Below the pieces are notes generated by a model that was not told the origin of the DNA, did not search any database, and was given only the letters and a program-made list of their open reading frames with translations. From an uncultured Bacilli bacterium (GTDB lineage Bacteria > Bacillota_I > Bacilli_A > RF39 > UBA660), in NCBI GenBank assembly GCA_934141145.1, contig CAKPCA010000003.1, forward strand, positions 7,748 through 71,747: DNA of 64,000 nucleotides, in the 5' to 3' direction. Of the stretch, positions 30,878 to 41,521 are shown one piece after another; the stretch's first letter is position 1; every line of letters begins with the position of its first letter. Position numbers and translations under genes: made by a program.

Positions 30878-30906
30878 AAAGATACTTAAAAAAAGTATCT
30901 TTTTTT
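30878..30906 (+). terminator. terminator
   Basis: aagatactt/aagtatctt hairpin plus T6. Confidence 0.7.
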
Positions 30907-30931
30907 GTTATAATTACTAAGGGAGAATATT

Positions 30932-33124
30932 ATGGAAAAATATATAAAAGGGATATTTAGAAGGTTTATATTTAAATCAGATGACAATTATGTAGTTGGT
31001 TTATTTAAAGTAACTGATACTAATGATGAAGCTTTAGAAGAATACGTATCAAGTGTAATTACAATTACAGGTTATTTTCATGAACTTACTATGGATGAAA
31101 AATATATACTTTACGGAGAACTTGTTAATAATAATAAATATGGTAATCAGTATAAAGTAACTGAATATGATAGATTAAAACCAGAAGGAAAAGATGCAAT
31201 AATAGATTTTTTATCTAGTGATTTATTTCCTGGTGTTGGTGAAAAAACTGCTAAAGAAATAGTTGATACTTTAGGAGAAGATGCATTAGATATAATCTCA
31301 AATGATTATTCATCTCTTTTTTTAGTGCCTTCTATTAAAGAAAGTAAAGCTAAAAAAATATATGATACTTTGCATAAATATAATGAAAGTTATGAAATGA
31401 TTGTATATTTAACAAGTATTGGTTTTACTATGACAGATGCAATGACTATATATAATAAATATAAAGATATTACAAAAGAGGTAATAAATGATAATGTATA
31501 TTCTATTATTGATGATATAGATGAAATAACTTTCTTAAAAGTAGAAAATGTTAGAAAAAATCTAAATATAGAAGACTTAGATTCAAGAAGAATTGTAGCA
31601 AGTATTATATACTCTATGAATAGTCTATGCTTTAAAAATGGTGATACATATCTTTTGATAGATGAAATATATAAAGAAACTATAAATATTATAAACTATG
31701 AATTTTCATTAGAAGATTTTGAAAATATATTATATGAAATTAGTAAAACGGGTAAAATAATTATAGAAAATAATTGTTATTTTCTAAGAGAATATTATAA
31801 TTATGAAAACAATATTGCAGATACTATATATTATTTAACTAATAAAACTCCTGCAAAATATAAAAATATCGATAAAGAAATATTAAATATAGAAAATTAT
31901 TTTGGTGTTAGTTATAATGATAAACAAATACTTGCTATTAAAGATGCACTTTTAAAAAATTTTAGTATTATAACAGGTGGACCAGGTACAGGTAAAACTA
32001 CCATAATAAAAGCAATAATAGAACTATATAAGAAGCTAAATAAATTGTCTTATGATGAATTAATTGAAGAAGTATGTTTACTTGCACCTACAGGAAGAGC
32101 AGCTAAAAGAATGAGTGAATCATGTCTTATGCCCGCATCTACTATCCATAGATTTTTAAAATGGAATAAAGAAGCAAATAAATTTTTAATAAATGAAAAT
32201 AATAAATCTAATGTAAAATTCGTTATTATAGATGAAGTTAGTATGATAGATGTACCACTTTTAGATAGCTTATTTAAAGGCCTTAATAAAAATGTGCATA
32301 TAGTTATGATTGGTGATTATAATCAACTTGAGAGTGTAGGACCAGGTAAAATACTAAAAGATTTAATAGATAGTGATATGATTAATGTTACATTCCTAAC
32401 AGATCTTTATAGACAAGATGAGAACTCTTATATAGCACTTTTAGCAAAAGAAATAAAAGACAATGATATAGATGAAGATTTTGCTTTAAAGAAAGATGAT
32501 TATAGTTTTATTGCATGTGATAAATATAATTTAAAAGCATATGTTAAAAATGTATGTGAAAAAGCAATAGAAAAAGGATATAGTTCAAAAGATATACAAC
32601 TTTTAGCACCTATGTATAAAGGTGAAAACGGAATAGATAATTTAAATAAAATTCTTCAAGATGTATTTAATCCGTTATATGATCAAAATGAAATTCATAT
32701 AAAAGATATAGTATATAGAGAAAATGATAAAATACTTCAATTAGAAAACGATCCTGATAATAATGTATTTAATGGGGATATTGGTTATATATCTAAAATA
32801 GAAAAAAATAATATATTTGTTTCTTTTGATGGTAATGTAGTTAAGTATGAACCAAAAGATTATATAAAAATAAAACATGGATATGCAATAAGTATTCATA
32901 AAGCACAAGGTAGTGAATTTAAAATTGTTGTAGTACCAATATTATTTTCATATAGAATAATGCTTTATAAAAAACTAATTTATACCGCAATAACAAGAGC
33001 TAAATCTAATTTAACTTTAATTGGTGAAAAAGATGCATTTTTGTATTCTGTAAAAAATGAAATTTCTTATGAAAGAAAAACTAAGTTAAAAGATAGACTT
33101 CTTTCTTATTTGATGAATAATTAA
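30932..33124 (+). CDS. recD2: RecD2-type (YrrC) ATP-dependent DNA helicase
   Basis: GGPGTGKTT Walker A; SIHKAQGSEF motif. Confidence 0.9.
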   Translation: MEKYIKGIFRRFIFKSDDNYVVGLFKVTDTNDEALEEYVSSVITITGYFHELTMDEKYILYGELVNNNKYGNQYKVTEYDRLKPEGKDAIIDFLSSDLFPGVGEKTAKEIVDTLGEDALDIISNDYSSLFLVPSIKESKAKKIYDTLHKYNESYEMIVYLTSIGFTMTDAMTIYNKYKDITKEVINDNVYSIIDDIDEITFLKVENVRKNLNIEDLDSRRIVASIIYSMNSLCFKNGDTYLLIDEIYKETINIINYEFSLEDFENILYEISKTGKIIIENNCYFLREYYNYENNIADTIYYLTNKTPAKYKNIDKEILNIENYFGVSYNDKQILAIKDALLKNFSIITGGPGTGKTTIIKAIIELYKKLNKLSYDELIEEVCLLAPTGRAAKRMSESCLMPASTIHRFLKWNKEANKFLINENNKSNVKFVIIDEVSMIDVPLLDSLFKGLNKNVHIVMIGDYNQLESVGPGKILKDLIDSDMINVTFLTDLYRQDENSYIALLAKEIKDNDIDEDFALKKDDYSFIACDKYNLKAYVKNVCEKAIEKGYSSKDIQLLAPMYKGENGIDNLNKILQDVFNPLYDQNEIHIKDIVYRENDKILQLENDPDNNVFNGDIGYISKIEKNNIFVSFDGNVVKYEPKDYIKIKHGYAISIHKAQGSEFKIVVVPILFSYRIMLYKKLIYTAITRAKSNLTLIGEKDAFLYSVKNEISYERKTKLKDRLLSYLMNN

Positions 33125-33188
33125 TAATTGTTAGTTAATAATATAAATGGCGCCAAAAACAAAAAACATATTATAACGAGGTGAAAAA

Positions 33189-33335
33189 ATGAAAAAAGCA
33201 CTTGGCATGATGGTATTAGGTATTGGAGTAGGTGCAGCATCTTATGCTATGTACGATCAATACAAATCTGGTAATTTACAAAAATTTATTAAGAAAACTA
33301 GTAAAGAAGTAGACAAAATGCTAGATAATATGTAA
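33189..33335 (+). CDS. small membrane protein (48 aa), not in the ORF track
   Basis: AGGTGA RBS; TM segment ALGMMVLGIGVGAASYAMY; terminator follows. Confidence 0.45.
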   Translation: MKKALGMMVLGIGVGAASYAMYDQYKSGNLQKFIKKTSKEVDKMLDNM

Positions 33336-33339
33336 GAAA

Positions 33340-33366
33340 AGGTTCTCTATTTTGAGAACTTTTTCT
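33340..33366 (+). terminator. terminator
   Basis: gttctc/gagaac hairpin plus T-run. Confidence 0.6.
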
Positions 33367-33422
33367 TTTATATTTTTCTATATTATGATATAATTTATTT
33401 AGCTTAAAAAGGAAGTGTAATA

Positions 33423-35123
33423 ATGAAATTAAAAAATAGCTTCTTTTATACTATTAGAGAAGATATAAAAGATGAAGATAGTAAGAGTGGTAACTTACTT
33501 GTAAAAGCTGGAATGATTAAAAAAACATCATCTGGTATATATATGTATTTACCTCTTGGAATGAAAGTACTTGAGAATATAAAGAAAATAGTTAGAGAAG
33601 AAATGAATAATATTGGTAGTGAAGAAGTATTAATGCCATGCTTAATTAATGAAGAAGTTTATCAAAAATCAAATAGAATTAATGCATTTGGTAATGATAT
33701 GTTTTCATTAAGTGATAGATATGATAAAAAATATGTACTAGGTCCAACACACGAAGAATTATTCACAATAGCAGCATTAAGTAAAGTACGTTCTTTTAAA
33801 GATCTACCATTCAGTTTATATCAAATTAATACTAAATTTAGAGATGAAGCTCGTCCAAGATATGGACTTATTAGAGTTAGAGAATTTTTAATGAAAGACG
33901 CATATTCCTTTGATAAAGATTTAGAGGGATTAGATAAAGTTTATAATGATATGTTTAATGCATACAAAAAGATATTTGCAAGACTTGGTATAAACTATAG
34001 AATAGTAAAAGCAGATACAGGATCAATGGGTGGACTTTTATCTGAAGAGTTTCAAGCAATAACTGATATAGGAGAAGATACTGTAGTATTTTGTGAATCA
34101 TGCGATTACTCAAGTAATTTAGAAGTATGTGAATCAATAATAGATGATAGTGAAACTACTGAAAAAAAATTAGAAAAAGATTTAGTAGAAACAAAAGATG
34201 CTAAAACAATAGAAGAAGTCGCAAATTATTTAAATGAAGCAGAAAGTAAACTTGTAAAAACTCTTATTTATAAGATAGGTGATGAACTTTATGCAGTTTT
34301 AGTAAAAGGTGATTCAGAAGTTAATGAATTAAAATTAGAAAGATTATTTAATGGTAAAACAGTAGAACTTGCTTCTTTAGAAGATTTAAAAAATGTAAAT
34401 ACTGTAGTTGGATTTGTTGGTCCAATAGGAATAAATATAAAGGTTATAATGGATAATGAAGTTTCACATATGGTAAATTTTGTAGTAGGAGCAAATAAAA
34501 AAGATTATCATTATAAAAATGTTAATATAGAAGATTTTAATGCTGATATAGTCGCAGATATAAGAAATGTAAAAGAAGGAGATATGTGCCCTAAATGTGG
34601 TAAAAAACTTAAATTTAAAAAAGGAATAGAAATAGGTAACACATTTAAATTAGGTACAAAGTATTCAGAAAGTTTTAATTTAATGTACCAAGATAAAGAT
34701 AATACTTTAAAACCAGTAGTAATGGGATGCTATGGCATTGGTATAGGAAGATGTTTATCTGCTATAGTAGAACAAAAGAACGATGAAAAAGGTATTATAT
34801 GGCCTATGAGTATAGCACCATTTAAAGTAGCAATAGTTGTAGTAGATATGAAAAATGATATTCAAGTAGATGCTGCAAACCATTTATATCAAACATTTAC
34901 TGAAGCAGGTATAGAAACACTTCTTGATGATAGAAATGAAAGAGCTGGAGTTAAATTTAATGATATGGATCTTATTGGTATTCCAATTAGAATTACAATT
35001 GGTAGAAAAGCAGAAGAACATATTGTAGAACTTAAGAAAAGATCTGAACAAGAAATTAATGAAATATCTATATTTGATGTACTATACAAAGTACAAGATA
35101 TTATTGATGAAGAGAATATATAA
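33423..35123 (+). CDS. proS: prolyl-tRNA synthetase
   Basis: class II aaRS motifs; bacterial ProRS with INS domain. Confidence 0.9.
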   Translation: MKLKNSFFYTIREDIKDEDSKSGNLLVKAGMIKKTSSGIYMYLPLGMKVLENIKKIVREEMNNIGSEEVLMPCLINEEVYQKSNRINAFGNDMFSLSDRYDKKYVLGPTHEELFTIAALSKVRSFKDLPFSLYQINTKFRDEARPRYGLIRVREFLMKDAYSFDKDLEGLDKVYNDMFNAYKKIFARLGINYRIVKADTGSMGGLLSEEFQAITDIGEDTVVFCESCDYSSNLEVCESIIDDSETTEKKLEKDLVETKDAKTIEEVANYLNEAESKLVKTLIYKIGDELYAVLVKGDSEVNELKLERLFNGKTVELASLEDLKNVNTVVGFVGPIGINIKVIMDNEVSHMVNFVVGANKKDYHYKNVNIEDFNADIVADIRNVKEGDMCPKCGKKLKFKKGIEIGNTFKLGTKYSESFNLMYQDKDNTLKPVVMGCYGIGIGRCLSAIVEQKNDEKGIIWPMSIAPFKVAIVVVDMKNDIQVDAANHLYQTFTEAGIETLLDDRNERAGVKFNDMDLIGIPIRITIGRKAEEHIVELKKRSEQEINEISIFDVLYKVQDIIDEENI

Positions 35124-35152
35124 GAAAAATTTTAAGAAATTTTTCTTTTTTT
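35124..35152 (+). terminator. terminator after proS
   Basis: agaaaaatt/aatttttct hairpin plus T6. Confidence 0.6.
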
Positions 35153-35249
35153 AATGGATTTTTTAAATTTTTAGCAAATATATTTTATAGGTAGTATTTT
35201 CGACAAAATATTTAATTATATACTATTATTATTTTAATAGGTGAAGAGT

Positions 35250-35708
35250 ATGAAAAAAACTACAATATTATATATTTTGGGTGCAATATTAATTGGTGTT
35301 TTTATAGGAAAATATGTTTATAATGGTTATCAAAATGAAACTAAAGAGGCATTTAAAGATATGAATGAAAATATTTATTTGCTTCAATATGGAGTTTATT
35401 CAAGTAATGATTCTATGATAGAGAATACTAAAAATCTAAAAGATTATTTTTATTACATAGAAAATAATAAGTATCATGTAATCATAGGTGTTACTATGGA
35501 TAAAGATTTAAAAGATAAAATAAAAAATGTAAATAGTATTGATAATGATATTTATATTAAGAAAGTTTCTATAAACAATGATGAATTTATAGAATCATTA
35601 AAGCAATATGATAATTTAATTAAAAATACGGAAGACAAAACAACAATTTTGACCGCAGAAAAACAAATACTATCAAAATATGAGGAGTTAATAATCAACA
35701 ATGAATAA
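35250..35708 (+). CDS. membrane-anchored protein with a SPOR-like C-terminal domain
   Basis: N-terminal TM; LQYGVYSSNDS...YHVIIGVTMDKD pattern. Confidence 0.4.
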   Translation: MKKTTILYILGAILIGVFIGKYVYNGYQNETKEAFKDMNENIYLLQYGVYSSNDSMIENTKNLKDYFYYIENNKYHVIIGVTMDKDLKDKIKNVNSIDNDIYIKKVSINNDEFIESLKQYDNLIKNTEDKTTILTAEKQILSKYEELIINNE

Positions 35709-36381
35709 TTTACTTATTAAGAATATACCTGAATTTGATAGACCAAGAGAAAGATTTAAAAAATATGGAGTTGAAAATTTATCAAATAATGAGCTTATTA
35801 GTATAATACTTTCTTCTGGTACTAAAAATATTTCGGTAAAAGAATTATCAAGTAATATCTTGGGTAAGTTAGATGATATATCTGATTTAAAAGATATGAC
35901 GTTAAACAAATTAAAACAAACAAAAGGAATTGGTGAAGTAAAAGCAATAACACTTTTATCTGCATTAGAATTAGGTAAAAGAGTATATTATGAAAAAAAT
36001 ATATCCAAAATAAAGATGAATAGTGCAGATAAAATATATAATTATATGAAGGATATAGTGTGCAATAAAAACCAAGAATATTTTTATGCTTTATATCTTG
36101 ATTCTAAAAAGAACCTTATTGATAAAAAATTATTATTTATTGGAACTATAAATAAAAGCATAGTTCATCCAAGAGAAATATTTAAGTATGCTTATTTGTT
36201 AAGTGCGTCATCTATAGTATGTATTCATAATCATCCAAGTGGTGATCCACTTCCTTCAAAAGAAGACATGCTTATTACTAAACATTTAGTTGATATAGGA
36301 AAAATACAAGGAATAAGTGTAGTCGATCATATAATTATTGGAAATAACTATTACAGTTTTTATGAAAATGGTGATATATAA
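35701..36381 (+). CDS. radC: RadC-family JAB-domain protein
   Basis: HNHPSGDPLPSKEDMLIT JAMM motif. Confidence 0.85.
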   Translation: MNNLLIKNIPEFDRPRERFKKYGVENLSNNELISIILSSGTKNISVKELSSNILGKLDDISDLKDMTLNKLKQTKGIGEVKAITLLSALELGKRVYYEKNISKIKMNSADKIYNYMKDIVCNKNQEYFYALYLDSKKNLIDKKLLFIGTINKSIVHPREIFKYAYLLSASSIVCIHNHPSGDPLPSKEDMLITKHLVDIGKIQGISVVDHIIIGNNYYSFYENGDI

Positions 36382-37176
36382 ATGAAAGGATTAAATAGTA
36401 AAAATAAAAAAAAGAACAAAGATAGAGTAATTACGATATTAATAATTTTATTATTACTTTTTATTTCACTTTTTTATTTTATAAGTGATAATAGAACTAA
36501 TATTGTATTGTTTAGTATGTTAAAAGATGCAAGTGCTAGTGTGTATAATGTGTTAGATATTTCTAAAACAGATGCTCTTGATAAAAATATTGTAAGTGAA
36601 ATAAATAAAGATTATGAAAATCAAATAGAAGAAATGAAAAAAACATTAAATTTAAATAGTACAATGAGTGATAAATCATTCATAAATGCTAGTGTAATTA
36701 AAAGGAGTACTGTTTATTGGTACAACTTAGTAACAATTGATAAAGGAACTAAAAATGGTATAAAAGAAGGGTATGCGGTAATAAATTCAAGTGGTTTAAT
36801 TGGAAAGGTTATTAAAGCAAATAAATATACTAGTGATATAAAATTATTAACTTCTAAAAATGAAGAAAATTATATATCTGCAATGTTTGACATAGATGGT
36901 ACATTATATTATGGACTTATTAATGAGTATGATATTACAAAAAACGAATTATATCTTAAAAATGTAGTAGGAGATTTTGATATTAATAAAATAAAAAATG
37001 TAAATGTTGTAACTTCTGGCTATAGTGAAGCATTTTCATCTGGATTATTAATTGGTACTATAATAGATGTAAAAAAAGAAAATTATGGTATTTCTAATAC
37101 TATAAAAATTAGACCAAGTGCAAACTTTAATAATATAAATATAGTAACTGTAATAAAGGGTGATAATAATGATTAA
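36382..37176 (+). CDS. mreC: rod-shape protein MreC
   Basis: N-terminal TM, coiled coil, beta domains. Confidence 0.8.
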   Translation: MKGLNSKNKKKNKDRVITILIILLLLFISLFYFISDNRTNIVLFSMLKDASASVYNVLDISKTDALDKNIVSEINKDYENQIEEMKKTLNLNSTMSDKSFINASVIKRSTVYWYNLVTIDKGTKNGIKEGYAVINSSGLIGKVIKANKYTSDIKLLTSKNEENYISAMFDIDGTLYYGLINEYDITKNELYLKNVVGDFDINKIKNVNVVTSGYSEAFSSGLLIGTIIDVKKENYGISNTIKIRPSANFNNINIVTVIKGDNND

Positions 37177-37651
37177 ATGCGTAATAATAATGCTTATTAG
37201 TTTAGCACTAGAAAGCATTATAAACTTAAATATTTCATTTACATCTTACTTGGTCCCACTTTTTTCTTTATTATCATTAATTTTAATATATAAATTTTTA
37301 AAATATAGTAAAAAAGAATACTTTATTTTTGCTATAGTTTCTGGATTTATTTATGATTTAGTATTTACTAATTTTTATGTATTAAATTCAGTTCTTTTTT
37401 TACTTAATTCTTTTATAATATATTTTTATTTTAAAAAGATGAAATATAATTTACTTAATATAATATTGATTACTATAATATGTTCAAGTATGTACAATTT
37501 AATGCTATTTACTTTATTTAATCTTTTTAGTTATAGTACATATTCATTTTTAGATTTTTCATATATATTAGGTCACTTTATTATCATTAATGTTATATAT
37601 ATAATATTAGGTTACATATTATTAAATAAGACAAAACTTAAAGAATATTAA
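37169..37651 (+). CDS. mreD: rod-shape protein MreD
   Basis: polytopic small membrane protein downstream of mreC. Confidence 0.7.
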   Translation: MIKCVIIMLISLALESIINLNISFTSYLVPLFSLLSLILIYKFLKYSKKEYFIFAIVSGFIYDLVFTNFYVLNSVLFLLNSFIIYFYFKKMKYNLLNIILITIICSSMYNLMLFTLFNLFSYSTYSFLDFSYILGHFIIINVIYIILGYILLNKTKLKEY

Positions 37652-37687
37652 CTAGATTTTATGCATATTATTTAATGGGTGAATAAT

Positions 37688-38311
37688 ATGACAAAAGTAC
37701 ATGAAATACAAAAAAGAATAAAAAATAAAAAAACAGAAGAAGTAAAAAAAGAACCTAAAAATAATAAATTAAAGATATTTTTTATGAAATTATTAATAAT
37801 TGTAAGTACTGTTTTAATATTAACAATAGTTATTAAAAATAATTCATCACTTAAAAATAAAATATATAAGTATGTTTATAATACTAATTTTTCCTTTTCA
37901 AGTATTAAAAAAATATATAATGAACATATAGGAAATGTTTTACCATTTCAAAATGTATTTAAAGAAAAAAAAGTATTTAGTGAAAAGTTAGAATATAAAT
38001 CTTTAAATGTATATAATAAGGGTGTTAAACTCACTTTAAATGATAATTATGCAATACCTGCTATAAAAGGTGGTATTGTAATATTTGTTGGAGAAAAAGA
38101 AAATATGGGAAATACTATTATTGTACAACAATCTGATGGAATAGATGCTTGGTATGGTAATTTATCTAATATAAATTTAAAGTTATATGATTATATTGAG
38201 GATAATAGTATAATTGGTGAAGCTAAAAATAATGAATTATATTTAATGTTTCAAAAGGATGGAGTAGATGTTAGTTATAAAGATGTTCTTAAAGAAAATA
38301 AAAATAAATAA
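37688..38311 (+). CDS. spoIVFA: SpoIVFA-like degenerate M23/LytM-domain membrane protein
   Basis: N-terminal TM plus LytM-like C-terminus; immediately upstream of, and overlapping, spoIVFB. Confidence 0.55.
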   Translation: MTKVHEIQKRIKNKKTEEVKKEPKNNKLKIFFMKLLIIVSTVLILTIVIKNNSSLKNKIYKYVYNTNFSFSSIKKIYNEHIGNVLPFQNVFKEKKVFSEKLEYKSLNVYNKGVKLTLNDNYAIPAIKGGIVIFVGEKENMGNTIIVQQSDGIDAWYGNLSNINLKLYDYIEDNSIIGEAKNNELYLMFQKDGVDVSYKDVLKENKNK

Positions 38312-39032
38312 CTATACTTTAATATTATGTTTTTTAGCACTTATAACAGGTTTATTTAAAGAAATAGTAGTAGTATTTATACTAATATTAGTTCATGAAT
38401 TTGGACATTTTATTACTATGAAAAAATACAAATGGAATGTAAAACAAATAGATATATATCCATTTGGAGGAATTACAAAATTAGATGATAAAATTGATAA
38501 ACCATTAAAAGAAGAGTTAATAATTACTCTAATGGGTCCAATATTTCAAGAAATACTATTTTTAATAATATATTTACTATATAAAAGATACTTAATAAGT
38601 GATTACTTATTTAATTTGTTTAAAGATTACAATTATACGATTTTAATCTTTAATTTACTTCCAATAGTACCTCTTGATGGATATAAAATACTAAATGTAT
38701 TTATAAATAAAATATTTAATTTTAGATATTCTTATGTAATAGGAATAGTTTTATCTATAATAACTTTTATATTATTTATGTATATGTATAAAATAGATAG
38801 TAGTTATTATGTAATATTAGCTTTTTTGATATTTCAAATAATATATGCGTTTAAAGTAAGAAATATAATTTATAACAGATTCATACTAGAAAAAAGATTA
38901 TATAAAAATGAATACTCAAGATTAAAGAAAATAAATAATGTTAAAAAAATGTATAGAAATAAAAGACATATTATTAAAGATAAACATAGCTATAAAACAG
39001 AACAATTATATTTTAAAATTAAAAAAAATTAA
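38268..39032 (+). CDS. spoIVFB: pro-sigma-K processing site-2 metalloprotease SpoIVFB (M50)
   Basis: HEFGH zinc motif within a TM helix; polytopic. Confidence 0.7.
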   Translation: MLVIKMFLKKIKINNYTLILCFLALITGLFKEIVVVFILILVHEFGHFITMKKYKWNVKQIDIYPFGGITKLDDKIDKPLKEELIITLMGPIFQEILFLIIYLLYKRYLISDYLFNLFKDYNYTILIFNLLPIVPLDGYKILNVFINKIFNFRYSYVIGIVLSIITFILFMYMYKIDSSYYVILAFLIFQIIYAFKVRNIIYNRFILEKRLYKNEYSRLKKINNVKKMYRNKRHIIKDKHSYKTEQLYFKIKKN

Positions 39033-39167
39033 AATTATAGTAATAACAAAAAAGGAATAGCAATTATTTCTTTTTTTTGTTAAGAAAATGTAAAATTTAT
39101 TTTACAAAATTATATAGATATTAATTTATGATATACTATTATATACAATAGTAGGAGGTGTATAAAA

Positions 39168-39965
39168 TTGAATATAACTCAATTAATATCAGTATTAGGT
39201 GTATCTTTAATACCAACACTCGCACTCATTTTTTTGATTTTATATTCCGACAGAAAGAGTAAAGAACCTTTATTCTTAATACTTATATGTATCTTTTCTG
39301 GTATATTTACTATTTTTTTATCTTTGTTAATAAGTAAGTTAGTACTTCCTAGTTTAAATAATTTTAGTATATATTTAAGTGAACCAGAATTTAATTTAAT
39401 TAAAATAATAATTTTAGCTATCATAGAAGAGTATTCTAAGCTATTTGTATTATATGTATTTATAATAAAAAATAAGGCCTTTGATGATATATATGATGGT
39501 TTTGTGTATTCTGCTATAATTGCACTTTCTTTTGCAGTTTTTGAAACTTTAATGTATGTGTTTAGTGAAACTGATATATATTCTATGGGTTCACTTGCAA
39601 TACTTAGAGATTTTACTACTATACCTTTACATCTTGTGTGTGGTATAATAATGGGGTGTTACGCAGCATTTGCTAAATTTTCAAAAACAAAAAAGAAAAA
39701 AACAGAAAATTTTTTCAAAGCTATGCTTTTGCCAGTAGTAGTACATGCTACGTATAATTCGTTTTTTACATTCACAATTAGTTCATTAAGAAATTCAAAT
39801 AAATTTTTGATAATACTAATAATATTTCTTTTTTCAATGTACTTACTTGGAATATTGTTTATAAGAAAAATTCAATATGTAAACAAATTGTTTATGAGTA
39901 ATGATCCATATCCAAAGGAATATAAATATTTAATGAATAAAGATGAATTTAATAAAAATATATAA
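39168..39965 (+). CDS. prsW: PrsW-family intramembrane protease
   Basis: EEYSK (cf. EExxK), FETLMY and HATYN motifs; TTG start after AGGAGGTG. Confidence 0.65.
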   Translation: MNITQLISVLGVSLIPTLALIFLILYSDRKSKEPLFLILICIFSGIFTIFLSLLISKLVLPSLNNFSIYLSEPEFNLIKIIILAIIEEYSKLFVLYVFIIKNKAFDDIYDGFVYSAIIALSFAVFETLMYVFSETDIYSMGSLAILRDFTTIPLHLVCGIIMGCYAAFAKFSKTKKKKTENFFKAMLLPVVVHATYNSFFTFTISSLRNSNKFLIILIIFLFSMYLLGILFIRKIQYVNKLFMSNDPYPKEYKYLMNKDEFNKNI

Positions 39966-39980
39966 AATAGGGTGATGTTA

Positions 39981-40496
39981 ATGAAAAAGTTTGTACCAGA
40001 TATGTACAAAAAAAATATATATGAAATTAATTATGAAAAATTAAAAAGTATGGGTAAAAAGTATTTATTTTTTGACCTTGATAATACACTTATTAGTTAT
40101 TTAGATAGTGTTCCTACTAAGGAAAATAAGAAATTATTTGAAAAATTAAAAAAAATGGGATTTGTTCCATTCATATTTTCTAATTCACATAGTGAAAGAT
40201 TAAGACCGTTTAAAGAAGAATTAAATGTTATTACTTTATCTGGTAATATGAAACCATTAAAAAAAGGTTATAAAAAGGTTCTTAGCAAATATAACAAAGA
40301 TGAGTGCGTATTTATTGGTGATCAAATAATGACTGATGTAATAGGCGCAAAAAGAAATGGTTTATATGTTATATTTTTGGATAGGATAAACGATAAGGAA
40401 CCAATATATACAAAGTTTTGGAGATTTTTTGAGTCATTTGTATTAAAAAAATATGAAAAGAAAAATTATTTAGTTAAAGGAAAATATTATGAGTAA
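39981..40496 (+). CDS. yqeG: YqeG-family HAD phosphatase
   Basis: FFDLDNTL and GDQIMTDVIGAKRNG motifs. Confidence 0.8.
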   Translation: MKKFVPDMYKKNIYEINYEKLKSMGKKYLFFDLDNTLISYLDSVPTKENKKLFEKLKKMGFVPFIFSNSHSERLRPFKEELNVITLSGNMKPLKKGYKKVLSKYNKDECVFIGDQIMTDVIGAKRNGLYVIFLDRINDKEPIYTKFWRFFESFVLKKYEKKNYLVKGKYYE

Positions 40497-41505
40497 GAAA
40501 TGTATAGGGTGTGGTGCAATTCTTCAGTCTGATGATAAAGATAAAATCGGATATATAAGAAAAGAAAAGTTAGAAGATTCTAATTATTGTGAAAGATGTT
40601 TTAAAATAACTAATTATGGTGATTTTAAAAAGATTGACACTACTGGAGAAGAATATATTGAAATATATAAAAATATAAATAAAACAAATGATTTAGTCTT
40701 ATTTTTAGTAGATATATTTACACTTAATGATTCTATTAATATGGTAAATAAATATTTAAATAATAAAATAGTTTTAGTAGTAACAAAATATGATATAATT
40801 CCAAAATCAGTTAAAGAAAGTAAAATAAAATCAAAACTAAAAGAATATAATTTTAATAGTAATATAGTAGATATTGTATTTGTAAGTAGTAAAACTAATT
40901 ATAATATGGATCTATTATATGAAATGATAAATGAGTATAAAACTAGTAATAATGTTTATATAGCAGGTAATACTAATGCGGGTAAAAGTACTTTAATAAA
41001 TAAGTTGATTGAAAATTATTCTATAAATGATAATAGAGTAACAACAAGTATTTTACCTTCTACTACTATAAATACAAATGAAATAAAAATAAATGAAGAG
41101 TTAACTATTATAGATACACCGGGTTTTATAGATAGAGGTAATATTAGTAACTATGTAAGTGCAAAATTACTTAAAAAGATAATGCCAAATAATGAAATAA
41201 GACCAGTAACATATCAAGTTAATAAAGGTATAACTTTACTTATTAATAATTTACTTCGTATAGAATATGTAAATGGAGAAAAAAATAGTTTTACATTTTT
41301 AATGTCTAATGATATAATAATTAGTAGAATAAATACTATAACAAATACTAGGGGTAAAGATTTATGCAAACATACTCTAGAAGTAAATGAAAATGAAGAT
41401 GTTATAGTAGAAGGATTATGTTTTATAAAAATTACTAAGAAAGCAGTAATAGATATATATACTGTTAATGGAGTAAGTATTTATAAAAGAAAATCTTTAA
41501 TATAA
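40489..41505 (+). CDS. yqeH: ribosome biogenesis GTPase YqeH
   Basis: N-terminal CxxC...CxRC zinc ribbon; circularly permuted GTPase motifs. Confidence 0.85.
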   Translation: MSKKCIGCGAILQSDDKDKIGYIRKEKLEDSNYCERCFKITNYGDFKKIDTTGEEYIEIYKNINKTNDLVLFLVDIFTLNDSINMVNKYLNNKIVLVVTKYDIIPKSVKESKIKSKLKEYNFNSNIVDIVFVSSKTNYNMDLLYEMINEYKTSNNVYIAGNTNAGKSTLINKLIENYSINDNRVTTSILPSTTINTNEIKINEELTIIDTPGFIDRGNISNYVSAKLLKKIMPNNEIRPVTYQVNKGITLLINNLLRIEYVNGEKNSFTFLMSNDIIISRINTITNTRGKDLCKHTLEVNENEDVIVEGLCFIKITKKAVIDIYTVNGVSIYKRKSLI

Positions 41506-41521
41506 GAAAGAGGGATAAAGA

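Noticed and set aside
33336-33422. Possible T-box leader upstream of proS
   Set aside because: The intergenic region is only about 87 nt and is occupied by a terminator hairpin. There is no specifier or T-box motif.
38268-38311. 44-nt overlap between spoIVFA-like and spoIVFB ORFs as evidence of mis-annotation
   Set aside because: spoIVFA/spoIVFB overlap in Bacillus as well. A later internal start (ATG 38283) is possible but does not change the call.
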